Shown: positions 36,639-50,400, numbered from the stretch's first letter. The stretch is 64,000 nt of DNA from Anaeramoeba ignava BMAN (GCA_028826165.1 JAPDFW010000114.1:62001-126000), one strand, 5' to 3'. The notes: generated by a model not told the origin, from the letters alone. A program made the numbers and translations.

Positions 36639-38261
36639 TTAATTATCATCATCATTATCACTTGCATTATCTTCATTATCTTCATTATCATTATCATCTT
36701 CATTATCATCTTCATTTTCATCTTCATTATCATTTTCATTTTCATCTTCATTATCATCATCATTTTCATTATCATTTTCATTATCATTTTCATTTTCATT
36801 ATCTTCATTATCATTTTCATTATCTTCATTTTCATTATCTTCATTTTCATTTTCATTTTCATTTTCGTTATCATCTTCATTATCATCATTATTATCTTTT
36901 TCATTTTCATCTTCATTATCTTCATTTTCATCTTCATCTTCAATTTCTTTATCATCTTCAATTTCTTTATCATCTTCATTATCATTTTCTTTTTCATCTT
37001 CTTTTTCATCTTCAATTTCTTTTTCATCTTCATTTTCATCTTCATTTTCATCTTCTTTTTCATCTTCAATTTCTTTTTCATCTTCAATTTCTTTTTCATC
37101 TTCACTTTTACTTTTACTTTTACTTTTACTTTTACTTTTACTTTTACTTTTACTTTTACTTTTACTTTTACTTTTACTTTTACTTTTACTTTCAATTTCT
37201 TTTTCATCTTCACTTTTACTTTTACTTTTACTTTCTTCTTTTATTTCTTCTTTTATTTCTTTTTCATCTTCATTTGTATTTTCTTTCATTTGTTTTTCAA
37301 CTGTTTGATCTGCTTCTTTTTGTAGTTGATTCATTTTTTCATCAACTTCTGCTTTGATTTTCATCATTTCATTTTGGATTTCTTGTTGATCTTCAATATT
37401 TTGTTTAGGTACTTTAGAATTTTTATTAGATTTTTTCTCTTCATCTGGTTTTTTTGTTATTTTTTTTTGGTTTTTCTGTTGTTTTTGTGAAATTTTTTTA
37501 TTTTCCTTTTGATTTTCCTTTTGATTTTCCTTTTGATTTTCCTTTTGATTTTTTTGAGTTTTTGGAGAATTTTCAACTTGATTTTTTTGTTTCGAATTAA
37601 TTTTCTCAACTGTTTTTTTATTAGTTCTTTTTGGATCATTTGATTTTACTATCGGTTGACTGTGTAAAACTTGTTTTGTTTTTGGTTCGTTTTTCTGGTT
37701 TTTATTAATTTGTGTTTTTGTTGTCTTCATATAATTTTGTCTGGTAGAAAGAGGTTTAGGATCAATTGTTATTTTATTTTTTCCATCATTTCTTCTTGTG
37801 TTTCTTGGTCTTGGATGCAATAAATTATCCATTACAGAACTTTTTTTTTTGATAGTTATTTTTTGATTTTGTTTTAAATCTTTTTGATTTTGTTTTTCTT
37901 GATTTTTTTTTAAATCTGTTGGTTTTCCTTTTCCTTTTCCTTTTATTGGATTTACTTTTTCTTTTTCTTTTTCTTTTTCTTTTAAATCCGTTTTTTTTTC
38001 TTTTAAATCTGTTTTTTTTAAATCTGTTGATTTTCCTTTTATTGGATTTACTTTTTTAACTGGTGGTTTATTTACTACTTTTGTTTTTGGTTGTTTTGTT
38101 AACTGATCTATCATAACTTGTGTTGTTTTTGTTGCTGAAACAAATAGTTTTTGAAGTTCTTTTAACGCTTCACATAATTGTTTATTTTGTTCTTGTAAAT
38201 TTTTTTGTTCTTGTTTAAGTTTATCCAATTCTTTTTGTAAATCGTCTTTTGTTTTTGACAT
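36639..38261 (-). CDS. Low-complexity protein: N-terminal coiled coil, K/Q/N-rich basic middle, SK repeat, long D/E/N acidic tail
   Basis: Open frame of 1.6 kb, MSKTKDDLQKELDKLK heptads, AC-rich leader as in other genes. Confidence 0.75.
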   Translation of the reverse strand: MSKTKDDLQKELDKLKQEQKNLQEQNKQLCEALKELQKLFVSATKTTQVMIDQLTKQPKTKVVNKPPVKKVNPIKGKSTDLKKTDLKEKKTDLKEKEKEKEKVNPIKGKGKGKPTDLKKNQEKQNQKDLKQNQKITIKKKSSVMDNLLHPRPRNTRRNDGKNKITIDPKPLSTRQNYMKTTKTQINKNQKNEPKTKQVLHSQPIVKSNDPKRTNKKTVEKINSKQKNQVENSPKTQKNQKENQKENQKENQKENKKISQKQQKNQKKITKKPDEEKKSNKNSKVPKQNIEDQQEIQNEMMKIKAEVDEKMNQLQKEADQTVEKQMKENTNEDEKEIKEEIKEESKSKSKSEDEKEIESKSKSKSKSKSKSKSKSKSKSKSKSKSKSEDEKEIEDEKEIEDEKEDENEDENEDEKEIEDEKEDEKENDNEDDKEIEDDKEIEDEDENEDNEDENEKDNNDDNEDDNENENENENEDNENEDNENDNEDNENENDNENDNENDDDNEDENENDNEDENEDDNEDDNDNEDNEDNASDNDDDN

Positions 38262-38588
38262 TTGTGTTTTTTGTTTTGTGTTTTTGTTTGTTGTTTTTGT
38301 TTGTTGTTTTTGTTTTGTGTTTTTTCGATTTTGATTAAATTTATTTAAAAGCAAAATTCAAAAATTATCCCAAAAGAAATAAAAATAAAAGTAAAAAAAT
38401 GAAAAATAAAAATTAATTAAAAAATTAAAAAAAAAATTTTTGCTTTTTTTCTTTTTTTTCTTTCTTTTTTTCTTTTATTTTTAATTTAAATTGCCCCCTT
38501 TATTATTTAATTATTTATTATTTAATTATTTCATTTTTTTCATTTTAATTATTTCATTTTTTTCATTTTTTTCATTTTTTTAAAAAAT

Positions 38589-41500
38589 ATGGATTTAGAC
38601 CAAAATGAATATAATTTACTTCCAAATGAACAAAATGATTCTCAAACAAATCAAAAATCTCAAAATAAAAAATTAAAATTATTAGATCGTTTATTTCATA
38701 TTTCTGAAAGAAATTCTAGTTTAAAATTTGAAATTATTGGAGGGTTTATTATGTTTTTTACTTTTCTCAGTTGCGTTTTCATTTAACATTTAATTATATT
38801 TAAATTTATAAATAATTTTATAAATAATTTTATAAATAATTTTATAAATAATTTAATAAATAATTTTATAAATAATTTTATAAATAATTTTATAAATAAT
38901 TTTATAAATAATTTTATAAATAATTTTATAAATAATTTTATAAATAATTTTATAAATAATTTTAAATTTATAAATAATTTTATAAATAATTTAATAAATA
39001 ATTTTATAAATAATTTAATAAATAATTTTATAAATAATTTTATAAATAATTTTATAAATAATTTTATAAATAATTTTATAAATAATTTTATAAATAATTT
39101 TATAAATAATTTTATATTTAATTTTATAAATAATTTTATATATAATTTTATATTTAATTTATAATTAATTTTATAAATAATTTTTATAATTAATTTTTAT
39201 AAATAATTTTATAAATAATTTTATAAATAATTTTATAAATAATTTTATATTTAATTTTATTAATAATTTTATTAATAATTTTATAAATAATTTTATAAAT
39301 AATTTTTATAATTAATTTTATATTTAATTTTATAAATAATTTTATAAATAATTTTATAAATAATTTTATATTTAATTTTATATTTAATTTTATAAATAAT
39401 TTTATATTTAATTTTATAAATAATTTTATAAATAATTTTATAAATAATTTAATTAATAATTTTATAAATAATTTTATAAATAATTTTATAAATAATTTTA
39501 TAAATAATTTTATAAATAATTTTATAAATAATTTTTATAATTAATTTTATATTTAATTTTATAAATAATTTTATAAATAATTTTATAAATAATTTTATAT
39601 TTAATTTTATATTTAATTTTTATAAATAATTTTATATTTAATTTTATAAATAATTTTATAAATAATTTTATAAATAATTTAATTAATAATTTTATAAATA
39701 ATTTTATAAATAATTTTATAAATAATTTTATAAATAATTTTATAAATAATTTTATAAATAATTTTATAAATAATTTTATTAATAATTTTATATTTAATTT
39801 TATAATTAATTTTATAATTAATTTTATAAATAATTTAATAAATAATTTTTATATAATTTTATAATTTTCAATAAATAATTTTTATATATAATTTTATAAT
39901 TAATTTTATAATTAATTTTATAATTAATTTAATATTTAATTTAATATTTAATTTTATAAATAATTTTATATATAATTTTATTAATAATTTTATAAATAAT
40001 TTTATAAATAATTTTATTAATAATTTTATAAATAATTTTATAAATAATTTTATATATAATTTTATAAATAATTTAATTAATAATTTTATAAATAATTTTA
40101 TAAATAATTTTATAAATAAATTTATAAATAATTTTTATATATAATTTTATAAATAATTTTATAAATAATTTTATAAATAATTTTATAAATAAATTTATAA
40201 ATAATTTTATAAATAATTTTATAATTAATTTTATAATTAATTTTATAATTAATTTTATAAATAATTTAATAAATAATTTAATAAATAATTTTATTAATAA
40301 TTTTATAAATAATTTTATAAATAATTTTATAAATAATTTAATTAATAATTTTATAAATAATTTTTATAAATAATTTTTATAAATAATTTTATAAATAATT
40401 TTATAAATAATTTTATAAATAATTTTATAAATAATTTTATAAATAATTTTTATAAATAATTTTATAAATAATTTTATAAATAATTTTATAAATAATTTTA
40501 TAAATAATTTTATAAATAATTTTATAAATAATTTTATAAATAATTTTATAAATAATTTTATAAATAATTTTATAAATAATTTTATAAATAATTTTATAAA
40601 TAATTTTATATTTAATTTTATAAATAATTATATAATAGATTCTAGATCTGTACTTTTAAATAATTCTTCATTATGTAATATGGAGAAAGGTTCTTTTTCA
40701 ATTGCTATATCATTAAGTAAATATTTTTAATATTTTTTATAAAGATTTCCAAATTTTCAAAAAAAAACAAATTTCTTTCATCTTTTATCTTTCAACAAAA
40801 AAAAAGCATCTGGAATTGCAACAATGGTTTCAGGTTTTTTAATACCAATTCCATTAACAATAGCACCTGGAGATGAAGAAAATAATTTTTTTCAAAGAAA
40901 ATTATGTGATGCTTATGGTCTTCAATGGAAAACTGCTTTAAGTGTAGTTTTTATTCAAGGAATTTTATCAATTTTTCTTTCAGTAAAAAATTCAAATATT
41001 TTTTATTATGTTCTTTATGAAAAATAATTTACAATTTCATTTCAATTCAATTCAATTCAATTTCTTGTTTCGTTTGCAAAAAAAAAATATTCATTTTAAA
41101 TCAAGTTATTATTTTTATGGAAAATGAAAGTTGTTCGTCAAATTTCAGTTTATCTTCAAATAGGAATAGTTTTTGGAGTAAATAATCACTGAAAAAAAAT
41201 AATCAGAATCAAATAGTTTGAAATTAAATTGATTTTAATTATTCAATTATGAAAATATAGGTTGCTCTTTATATTGGAAAAATAGGACTTAATGATATAG
41301 CTTCTTTGGATGATGAACAAAGAGTCACTTTGGATATCCCATTAATTATTGGGTTTTTAGCAATGATATCCCTTGTTTTTGGAAACTCACGATCTTGGAA
41401 TTTTATTTTCATTATTTATGTTTTTTTATTTACAATTGTTGATGTTGTTATTAAAGTTATTCGCAAAAAATTTGATTTGGAATCTTGGGATAATACTATC

Positions 41501-43226
41501 AATAATTCTGCATTTGCTTTAAATTTTCATTTCAAAAATGCTCATTTTCTTTACTTGATATTTGTTGTTGGTTTTGATGTTTTGATAAATTCCATATTTA
41601 CTTTTAGTGCAACTATTCAAATACTTGGATTTTCACAAAGTAAAATTGAACCATCTGATTTTATTGATAAATTTTCTGATCATTTTGAACAAAATATTCA
41701 TTTGCTGAGAAGAGCTTTGTTAATAACATCTATATCAAGTTCTGTTGGGAGTTTGTTTGGAGCAACACCAACAAAAATCATTATTCAATCAGTTGCTGGA
41801 GCTGCTGTTGGTGGAAAGTGAATATTTAAATTAAAAATTTATTTAAAAATTAAATTAAAAATTCATTTAAAAATTCATTTAAAAATTTATTTAATAATTT
41901 ATTTAAGAATTCATTTAAAAAATCAATTAAAAATTTATTTAAAAATTCATTTAAAAATTTATTTAAGAATTCATTTAAAAATTCATTTAAAAATTTATTT
42001 AAAGATTAATTTAAGAATTCATTTAATAATTCATTTAAAAATTAATTTAATAATTCATTTAAAAATTTATTTAATAATTAAAATTAAAAATTCATTTAAT
42101 AATTCATTTAAGAATTCATTTAAAAATTTATTTAAGAATTCAATTAAAAATTCATTTAAAAATTCATTTAAAAATTAATTTAAAAATTTATTTAAAAATT
42201 CATTTAATAATTCATTTAAAAATTTATTTAAAAATTCATTTAAAAATTCATTTAAAAATTTAATTTAAAAATTAATTTAAAAATTCATTTAAAAATTCAT
42301 TTAAGAATTCATTTAAAAATTCATTTAAAAATTCATTTAAAAATTCATTTAAGAATTCATTTAAGAATTCATTTAATAATTCATTTAAAAATTTATTTAA
42401 AAATTCATTTAAAAATTCATTTAAAAATCAATTAAAAATTCATTTAATAATTCATTTAAAAATTTATTTAAGAATTCATTTAAAAATTCATTTAATAATT
42501 TATTTAATAATTCATTTAATAATTCATTTAAGAATTCATTTAATAATTCATTTAATAATTTATTTAATAATTCATTTAATAATTTATTTAAAAATTCATT
42601 TAATAATTCATTTAAAAATTTATTTAAAGATTAATTTAATAATTTATTTAAGAATTCATTTAAAAATTCATTTAAAAATTAAAATTATTGATTAGAACTG
42701 GTCTTGCTTCTGTTATATGTGGAGTACTTACTCTTTTAACTGCACCTCTTATGCCATTAATTGATTTAGTTCCTCAATATGTTATTTCACCTCTTTTGTT
42801 ATTTACAGCTTCTAAATTACTTGCAATTGTGAGATGTAAAATTCTAAATGAATTTTAATTTTAAATTGAATTTTAATTTTAATTTTAATTTTAATTTGAA
42901 TTTTAATTTTATATTTAATTTTAATTTTATATTTAATTTTAATTTTAATTTTAATTTTAATTTTTAAATGAATTTTAATTTTAATTTTATATTTAATTTT
43001 AGATATTGATTTTCATGATGTTCTTCATATTTTCCCAACTTTTTTAATCACAATTTTAATTCCAATACTTAGAAGTATTTCTGTTGGTTTTGCTTCTGGA
43101 TATGTTGTTTTTGCAATATTATCTCCAATTTTTGAAAAAAAAATTTCTCTTATTAGATCTTTACTTGGTCTTTTTTGTTTATTGAGAATTTTATTTCAAG
43201 CTATCACTTTAAAATATGAAAATTAG
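38589..43226 (+). CDS. AzgA-like (NCS2) purine permease; exons 38589-38769, 40639-40716, 40807-40982, 41106-41177, 41261-41817, 42696-42835, 43003-43226
   Basis: LDRLFHISERNSSLKFEIIGG, PLTIAPG, WKTALSVVFIQG, GGKTGL, IDF.D....PTFL; six phase-consistent introns. Confidence 0.88.
38800..40635. repeat. 12-bp AT minisatellite (TTTTATAAATAA) filling permease intron 1
   Basis: Same unit and variants as 1-2700 and 5062-7626. Confidence 0.96.
41825..42685. repeat. 12-bp minisatellite (AAAAATTCATTT) filling permease intron 5
   Basis: Direct 12-nt periodicity. Confidence 0.93.
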
Positions 43227-43494
43227 GATTATTTTTTTTTTAAACATTTTTTAAACATTGTTTTTTGTTTTTTATCAGAAAAAAAGCAAAAGGATGATTA
43301 TAAAAATAATAAAAATAAAAATAAAAAAATAATTACTAATTAAAATGAAAAATTTAGTTTGAGTTACGTCAGTTACATTTAAAAATTTAAAATTCTAATT
43401 TAGTTTTTCATTTTTCTCATTTCTTCTTTTCTAAAAGAAAATAAACTGTTTGGAATTTGGAATTTGAAAAATTTATTCATTTTATTTGATTTAA

Positions 43495-46400
43495 ATGAAT
43501 TTCTTGAAAAAATCACTTGAAAATAAAAATTTTGAAGAATTTAATTCAATTTTAAATCTCAATTCTTCATTTTTTCGATACAAAAGCACAAATAAATCAA
43601 ATCTTTTACATTTAACTGCATCATTTAGAGTTGAACCTGAATTTTATTCTATTCTTCTTTCATCGGGTTTAGATATCAATTCAAAAAATCAAAAGGGAAA
43701 CACACCACTTCATATTGCATTAGATTCAAAAAGTTCCTTGAATACAATCAAGTATCTAATTGAGAACGGAGCAAATCCGGATGAAATCAATAAAAAAAAT
43801 CAAACACCATTATTTCATGCAATTAGATCAAGAATTGATTTGGAAGTAATCAAATATCTTGTTGATTTGGGAGTTAATCTTGAACATGAGGATCACAAAA
43901 AAAACACCCCAATTATGTTTGCAATCCATGAAGGAAAAGACATGGAATTGATTAAATATTTGCTATCCAAAGGAGTGGATATTTCTAAGAAAAATTCAGA
44001 TAATGCAACACTTGTTCATTTGAGTTGTCGATCTTTTCCTCAAAAAGAACTTCTCGAAATTCTTTTGCCTCTTGATATTGATTACCGTAATACAGACAGT
44101 TGGGGAATGTCTCCGCTACTTTATCTTTGCGAAAATAAGCGTGGAGATCAAGCTTTTGATACTCTTTTTGCTTATGATTTTGACGTGAATGAAAATCGAA
44201 CTTATGGAGATACTTCTCTTCATTTTTTAATTAAAAGAAAAGCTAGTTTGGATATTTTGAAAACTTTCGTTTCTGCTGGTGTTAACGTTAATAAACCTGG
44301 CTTAAACGGTCTTTCTCCTCTTCATGTCGCTTGTTCTTTAAAGGATAATTTTGAAACTGTTGAATTTCTTGTCAATTCTGGTGCTGATGTTAATTCAAAA
44401 ACTTGGGATTATACTACTCCTTTATTTTTGGCTGTTAAAAATTCGCTAGATTATAAAACAATCCATTTCCTTCTCAAAAAAGGTGCAAAAGCTTCAATTA
44501 CTTTGAGAGAAACAAATCAATCCATTTTGCATATTGCTTGTTTGAAAAATGCTCCACTTGAAATTTTGAAATTACTTGTTCAATTTAAAGCTGATCCTTC
44601 TTGCAAAAACACACAATATTTGCAACCAATTCACTATTTAATTGCTCAAAAAAGAGATCATGAAACTATTAAGTTTATTTTTGATTCCATGCCAAAAGTC
44701 AAAAAATTTGATCATTATTTATTTGATTTCGTTGAATTTGCAATTAATTCAAAAGCATCTTTGGAAACGGTTGAATTTCTTGCTTCTCTTGAAATTGATC
44801 TTCATCATACAAGAAGTTTTAAACCTTTGACCTTTTTGGCGTTAGAGAATGGATATCGAGAAGATATGTTGAAGTTATTATTCAAATTAGGTGTTTCAAT
44901 TAATGCAAAAAATTCACAAGATGATACAATTCTTCATTTGGCTTGTTCTCAAAATAACAATTATGATCTTGTTAGTTATCTTCTTTCTTTTCCTCAAGTT
45001 CCAAAAATGATTAATCAAAAAAATAATTCTGGTATTACTCCTTTTCATCGTTGTTGTTTCCCTGGTTTTCATCCAAAAACAATTCGTCTTTTACTTAATC
45101 TTGGTGCTAATATTAATTTATGTGATAGAGTTGGTTATTCTCCTTTTATTTTTATTTGTAAAGTTGAATCTATTGAAGATGAAAATCAAAATGAAAAAAA
45201 TGAAAATCAAAATCAAAATCAAAATCGAAAATCAAAATCAAAATCAAAATCAAAATAAAAAATAAAAATCAAAATAAAAATCAAATTGAAAATCAAGATG
45301 AAAATCAAAATGAAAATCAAAATCAAAATCAAAATCAAAATGAAAATCAAATTGAAAATCAAAATCAAAATCAAAATCAAAATCAAAATCAAATTCAAAA
45401 TCAAATTCCTCTTAGAAAACCAACTCATCAAGAAGTAGTAGAAATTGCAAAATTATTTATTGAAAAAGGAGCAAACATTTCACAAATAAATTCAAGTAAA
45501 GAGAATGCTTTAAATCTCCATTTACTTAATCCATTTATAAATATTGAATTATTCAAATTATTAATATCACATAAAATACCAATTTTATCTGGTGATTTAT
45601 ATAGTTATCCAAGATCTTGTCTTATACAAATTATCAAAAATAGTCACAGTGTAGAAGCAATGAAAATTCTTTTAGAACATTCATTTAAAAAAAAACAAAT
45701 AAATGATGCTTTATTTTTTACATGTTCAAATTGTTTTGATGGAGCAGATCAAATAGTTCAATTACTTTTAGATCATGGAGCTGAAATCAAATATGAAACC
45801 AACAGATTCCCAAAAAATTTACTTTATACAGTTTTAAATCAAGAGAAAAAATCAGCTGAATTAGTATTTCTTATTCTTGTTGAACATGAAAAAAATATTT
45901 ATAAAGATGCTCCAAATGAAGAAAAACTTATTCATGTTGCTGCTAGATTGGGTCATGTTAATGCTATCAAAAAGCTTGTTGAATTGAATATGGATGTTGA
46001 TGCTGTTGAAGTTCATTATCAAACTCCTTTATTTCATGCTGCTAGTCATACTCAATTTGATGCTATTAATACTTTATTAGAATTAGGTGCTGAGCCAAAT
46101 CATTTGGATTTCCATAAAAGAAGTTCTTTTTTTCTTTTATTTGAACCAGCTCCAAGAATTGCTAGAAAATTTTTTGAGTTTGGATTTGAAATTCAAAATG
46201 CTGTAATTTAATTTAATTAAAATCAAAATTAAATTAAAAATTAAAATAAAATCAAAATCAAAATTAAAATCAAAATTAAAATCAAAATCAAAATCAAAAT
46301 CAAAATCAAAATTAAAATCAAAATTAAAATTAAATTGAAAATCAAAATCAAAATCAAAAATCAAAATCAAAATCAAATTCAAAATCAAAATCAAAATCAA

Positions 46401-47366
46401 AATCAAATTCAAAATTAAAAATCAAAATTAAAATTAAAATCAAAATTAAAATTAAAATCAAAATCAAAATCAAATTGAAAATTAAATTCAAAATCAAAAT
46501 CTAAATCAAAATATAAATCAAAATCAAAATCAAAATTAAAATTAAAATTAAAATTAAAATTAAAATTAAAATTAAAATCAAAATCAAAATTAAAATCATA
46601 AAATCAAAATCAAAATCAAAATCAAAAATCAAAAATCAAAAATCAAAATTTAATAAATTTTTAGCCAGATACAGTAAATAAAAAAATTTGGAAAGAAATC
46701 TATCTCGAAGTCAATAGTATTTGTAATGATTTTTTAAAACTATTCCATTCACAATATTTAGTTGATATAACATTCTATTGCCAAAATGGAGAAATCAAAG
46801 CTCATAAACTAATAATATCACACAGAATAGACAAAAATCAAACAACTTTCCAAAACTTAAATCAAATTTTAAGAACAAAAACAAAAGAAGAAGCAAAAAT
46901 ATTTTTAGAATTTCTTTATTCAGGAAAAATTGAACAAACAAACGAGAAAAAAAACATTCCATTAATAAAAGAAATTTCTGAATCAATAGGATTAACAAAT
47001 TGGAAATCAAAAAGAGGTTCACAAGGATTGATTCCTGATCTAAAAAAATTATATGAAGATGAAGAAACAAAAGATTTCTCAATAATTGTTGAAAATCAAC
47101 CTTTGAAAGTTCATAAAATTGTTCTTTATGCAAGAAGTGGTTTATTTCAAGGAATGTTTGAAAGTGTAAATGATAGTTCAAATAAAGTTCAAGATTATAC
47201 AAATCGTTCATTTGAATCACTTAATAATTTTATTAAATTCCTTTATATTAATTCTTTAAGTCGTGATTTATCAGATAATATTTTAATTGAACTTTGGGAT
47301 GCTCATGAATATTATCAATTAAATGAATATTCTCCTTTTCAAAAATTAATTAATTTGAAAAAATAA
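43495..47366 (+). CDS. Ankyrin-repeat (about 20 repeats) plus tandem BTB protein; intron 46203-46664; frame break in the Q/N-rich insert 45180-45410
   Basis: GNTPLHIA, GLSPLHVAC, TILHLAC repeats; BTB IKAHKLII and LKVHKIVLYARSGLFQGMF. Confidence 0.87.
46215..46650. repeat. Hexamer microsatellite (AAAATC/AAAATT) in ankyrin-BTB intron
   Basis: Direct periodicity. Confidence 0.9.
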
Positions 47367-47428
47367 TAAAACTTATAAATGATCTTTTCTTTTTATTAAA
47401 AATTTCTTTTCTTTTCTTTCAAATATTT

Positions 47429-50400
47429 TCAAATATTTCCAAATTCAAGTTCATTAATAAATTTTTGAGAAATAAAATCATCTTTTCTTCTTCCATATAA
47501 AATTCCAATCACATAATACACCCAATCAGCAGCAATTTCTTGAAGAAGAGAAATCTTTCCTTTTAAAAAATCAATGAGTTGATTTTTCTCTTCAAATTGA
47601 AAATGAATTAGATTAATAAGATGATTTGTATCTTTTTTGAACAAATCAATTAGAATTTCAACTTCAGTAATTTGATCTGTAAAATCATCTATTTGTAAAA
47701 AAGAATCTTTGAAAAATAGTTTTTTGAAAGCATCAAGTAAATAAACAAAAAAAGAAACTTGATTTTTTGGAAGAATAATAACTGAATCTTTTTCTTCTTG
47801 ATTGATTGTTTCAATTCTCATTTTTCCTGGAGTTTCTAATTTAAAAAGATTCGAATAAGGAGAAATTATTTGTTTCAAATTCTCAAGCAAAATTTTAAAC
47901 AAATAATTTAGAAGTTTCTTCAATTTATTTGTTGGCATCCTAACTGAATAAATGTGTGATTGATATTCCAAATAGCATAAAATTGGGATAAATAATTTTC
48001 TTGTTGATCTTTTACGAACTAGGAATTCTTTTACTATTATTGATTTTCTTCTTTTATTTTCTTTTGGTTGATTAATTGGTGATTTTTCTAAATGATTCAC
48101 AACTAATTTAAGTAATAAATTGTAAATTTCTCGATCCATTGAGTTTGCAAGAAATAAAATGATAAAATACAGTTGATTTTTAATGTTATTTTTTGTTTGT
48201 GTGTAAATATTATGAAAAGATTCTAATGCTTGTTTAATTGAATTTTCATTTTCATTTTCATTTTCATTTTCATTTTCATTTTCATTTTCATTTTCATTTA
48301 AATTTTCAAAAACATTTCTCAAACGATGATAAAGATCTTTCAAATAAATCAAAAATTTGCATATTAATTGAATCAATGAGCAAATTTGATTTGTAATTCT
48401 AAAAAATTGATTGTGTTCCTGCATTAATATATCCAGAACTTTTTCTTTTTTTTCTTCTTGAATTTTTGGATAAGTATTCAAAATTATACACATATTTTCA
48501 AATGAATTTTCTTTTTTGATTTTATCCACATATTCTTGTTCACTAGTTTCTTTATAAAAATAATTCACAATTTTTCCTGATAAATGAGAGACAATTTTAA
48601 ATATTTTCAAAGAAAGAAAAACTATATCTTCTGAAGACCATGAAACATTATTAATAAATTTCAAACCTAAATCAGCAATAATGCCAACTTGGTCAACAAG
48701 AAGAAGTCCAAAATTTTGTTCAAATAAACTTTGCAAATTAAGGTTTTCCTTAATTTGCTCCATCCAAACTATTGTTTTTTTTTTCAGGCTTGAAACCCAT
48801 GAAAATAAATTTGATCGATAAAATTTGGAAAGTGGGAATTTATTTTGGATTGTGATTTCAGGTGTAATATCTTTAAAAGAATCAATTTTCTTGTTGAAAT
48901 CGAGCAATTTTCTGCATAAACAATAAAATTCAAACCCAGAAATATTTGTCAACAAAAGATATCGCGAAATATCATTAAAAAGATATTTTGAATATTCGTT
49001 GATTGCAAGTTCAAGTATTTGACAAGAAAGTGAGAAAGTATTGCTGCCAAAATATTTGTAAATATCGAATATTTCTTGAAGTATCAACGGTGTAGCCTTG
49101 ATATATACGATTGCTTGGTTACTTGATGAGTAAATGCCAAGAAAAAATTCGAATTTCTTTATATATTGGGTGAATATATCTTCCTTAAACTGTTGTGATG
49201 TTGTGTATTCTCTTTCTAGTTGTTCAACTAAATTTTTCAATTCTTGAGCCTCTTTTTCTGTTGCTTTTTCTGCTTTATAAAGAAAAACTTTTTGATAATT
49301 TTCAAAAAATCCCTCTAAAATGATTGAAATGATCGATTTTTCAATGAATGATTTCTGGTTCTTTTCATTATAATTATTTTCTTCTTCAATTTGTAATTGA
49401 TTATTTTCTGTGTTTTTTTCAATGGGAATATTAATATCCAATTTCAAGCTTAATTCAAGAAGACTTCCGAAAACTAAGAGAAGTGATTTCAAACAGTTTT
49501 TAGGTGTATTTTGTGGGAAGTTGATAGTGAAATTTTTGATCAAATTTTTTGATTTTAAATATAATTTGTTTAAGGTTTCTTTAAGTTGCTTCTTTTCAGA
49601 AATATTTAAAGCTACATTCCCTCTATTTTTATTGTATGAGGTTGATAGAAAGTATTGCAATAATGAGTTGATTTGTATGAAGATATTTTCCGAAATCCAA
49701 ATATGATCTGTTAATATATCCAAGTATGTAATATTGAAAAAATGAGTTCCAATGCTGTAATGGAGGCAAAAATCCTCAAAGAAAGACAGAAGTTCTTCTG
49801 GTAAGGCTTCTTCTTTCATGGAAAAAGCATTTTGGAAATGCAGAGGATCATGTGCAGAATTGTCACTCATTCCAAAGAAATTTGTTGAAATAAGAATTGC
49901 CTTTTCCAGTAATTCTTTGAAAATTGGCTGGAATTTAGGGAATATTCTTGGTGTTTGTTTGAGTGTAATTTCTTTATTTGTTCCTAATACTAATTGACTA
50001 TAGACTAAATCAATAAGATTTTTATTTGTGGAAATCAGATCAAAGTAAATTTCAACTTCTATTGGATCAACTAATCTTTGTTTAGAATTCAATTCAAGTG
50101 GATAAAATGATGTTTTGGTGATTTTTTTTTTGCATTCATTGATATCGAGTTTCAATTCACCAATACAATATATATTTTCTGTTTCAATCATTTGATCAAC
50201 TTCCCATAAAGTGAAAATCAAATCATCCACTTTTTTCTTAACTGAAAATTCAAACACTATTGATTCTTTCCATTCTGGATTTAAATTAAAATCCACAATT
50301 TGTGTTGTTACATCGAGTTTGTTATATTCAAACTTCCCAAATAATTGGATTTTGTTTTTCTTGTTGTTTGTTGGTATTTTAACGTTTTTTGCAGATAAAA

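Noticed and set aside
36581-37357. His-rich and Met/Lys-rich ORFs overlapping the acidic protein
   Set aside because: Alternative-frame and antisense shadows of GAT/GAA/AAT codon repeats.
38770-38780. Non-canonical GC donor for permease intron 1
   Set aside because: GT at 38770 gives the right phase and a gap-free AzgA alignment.
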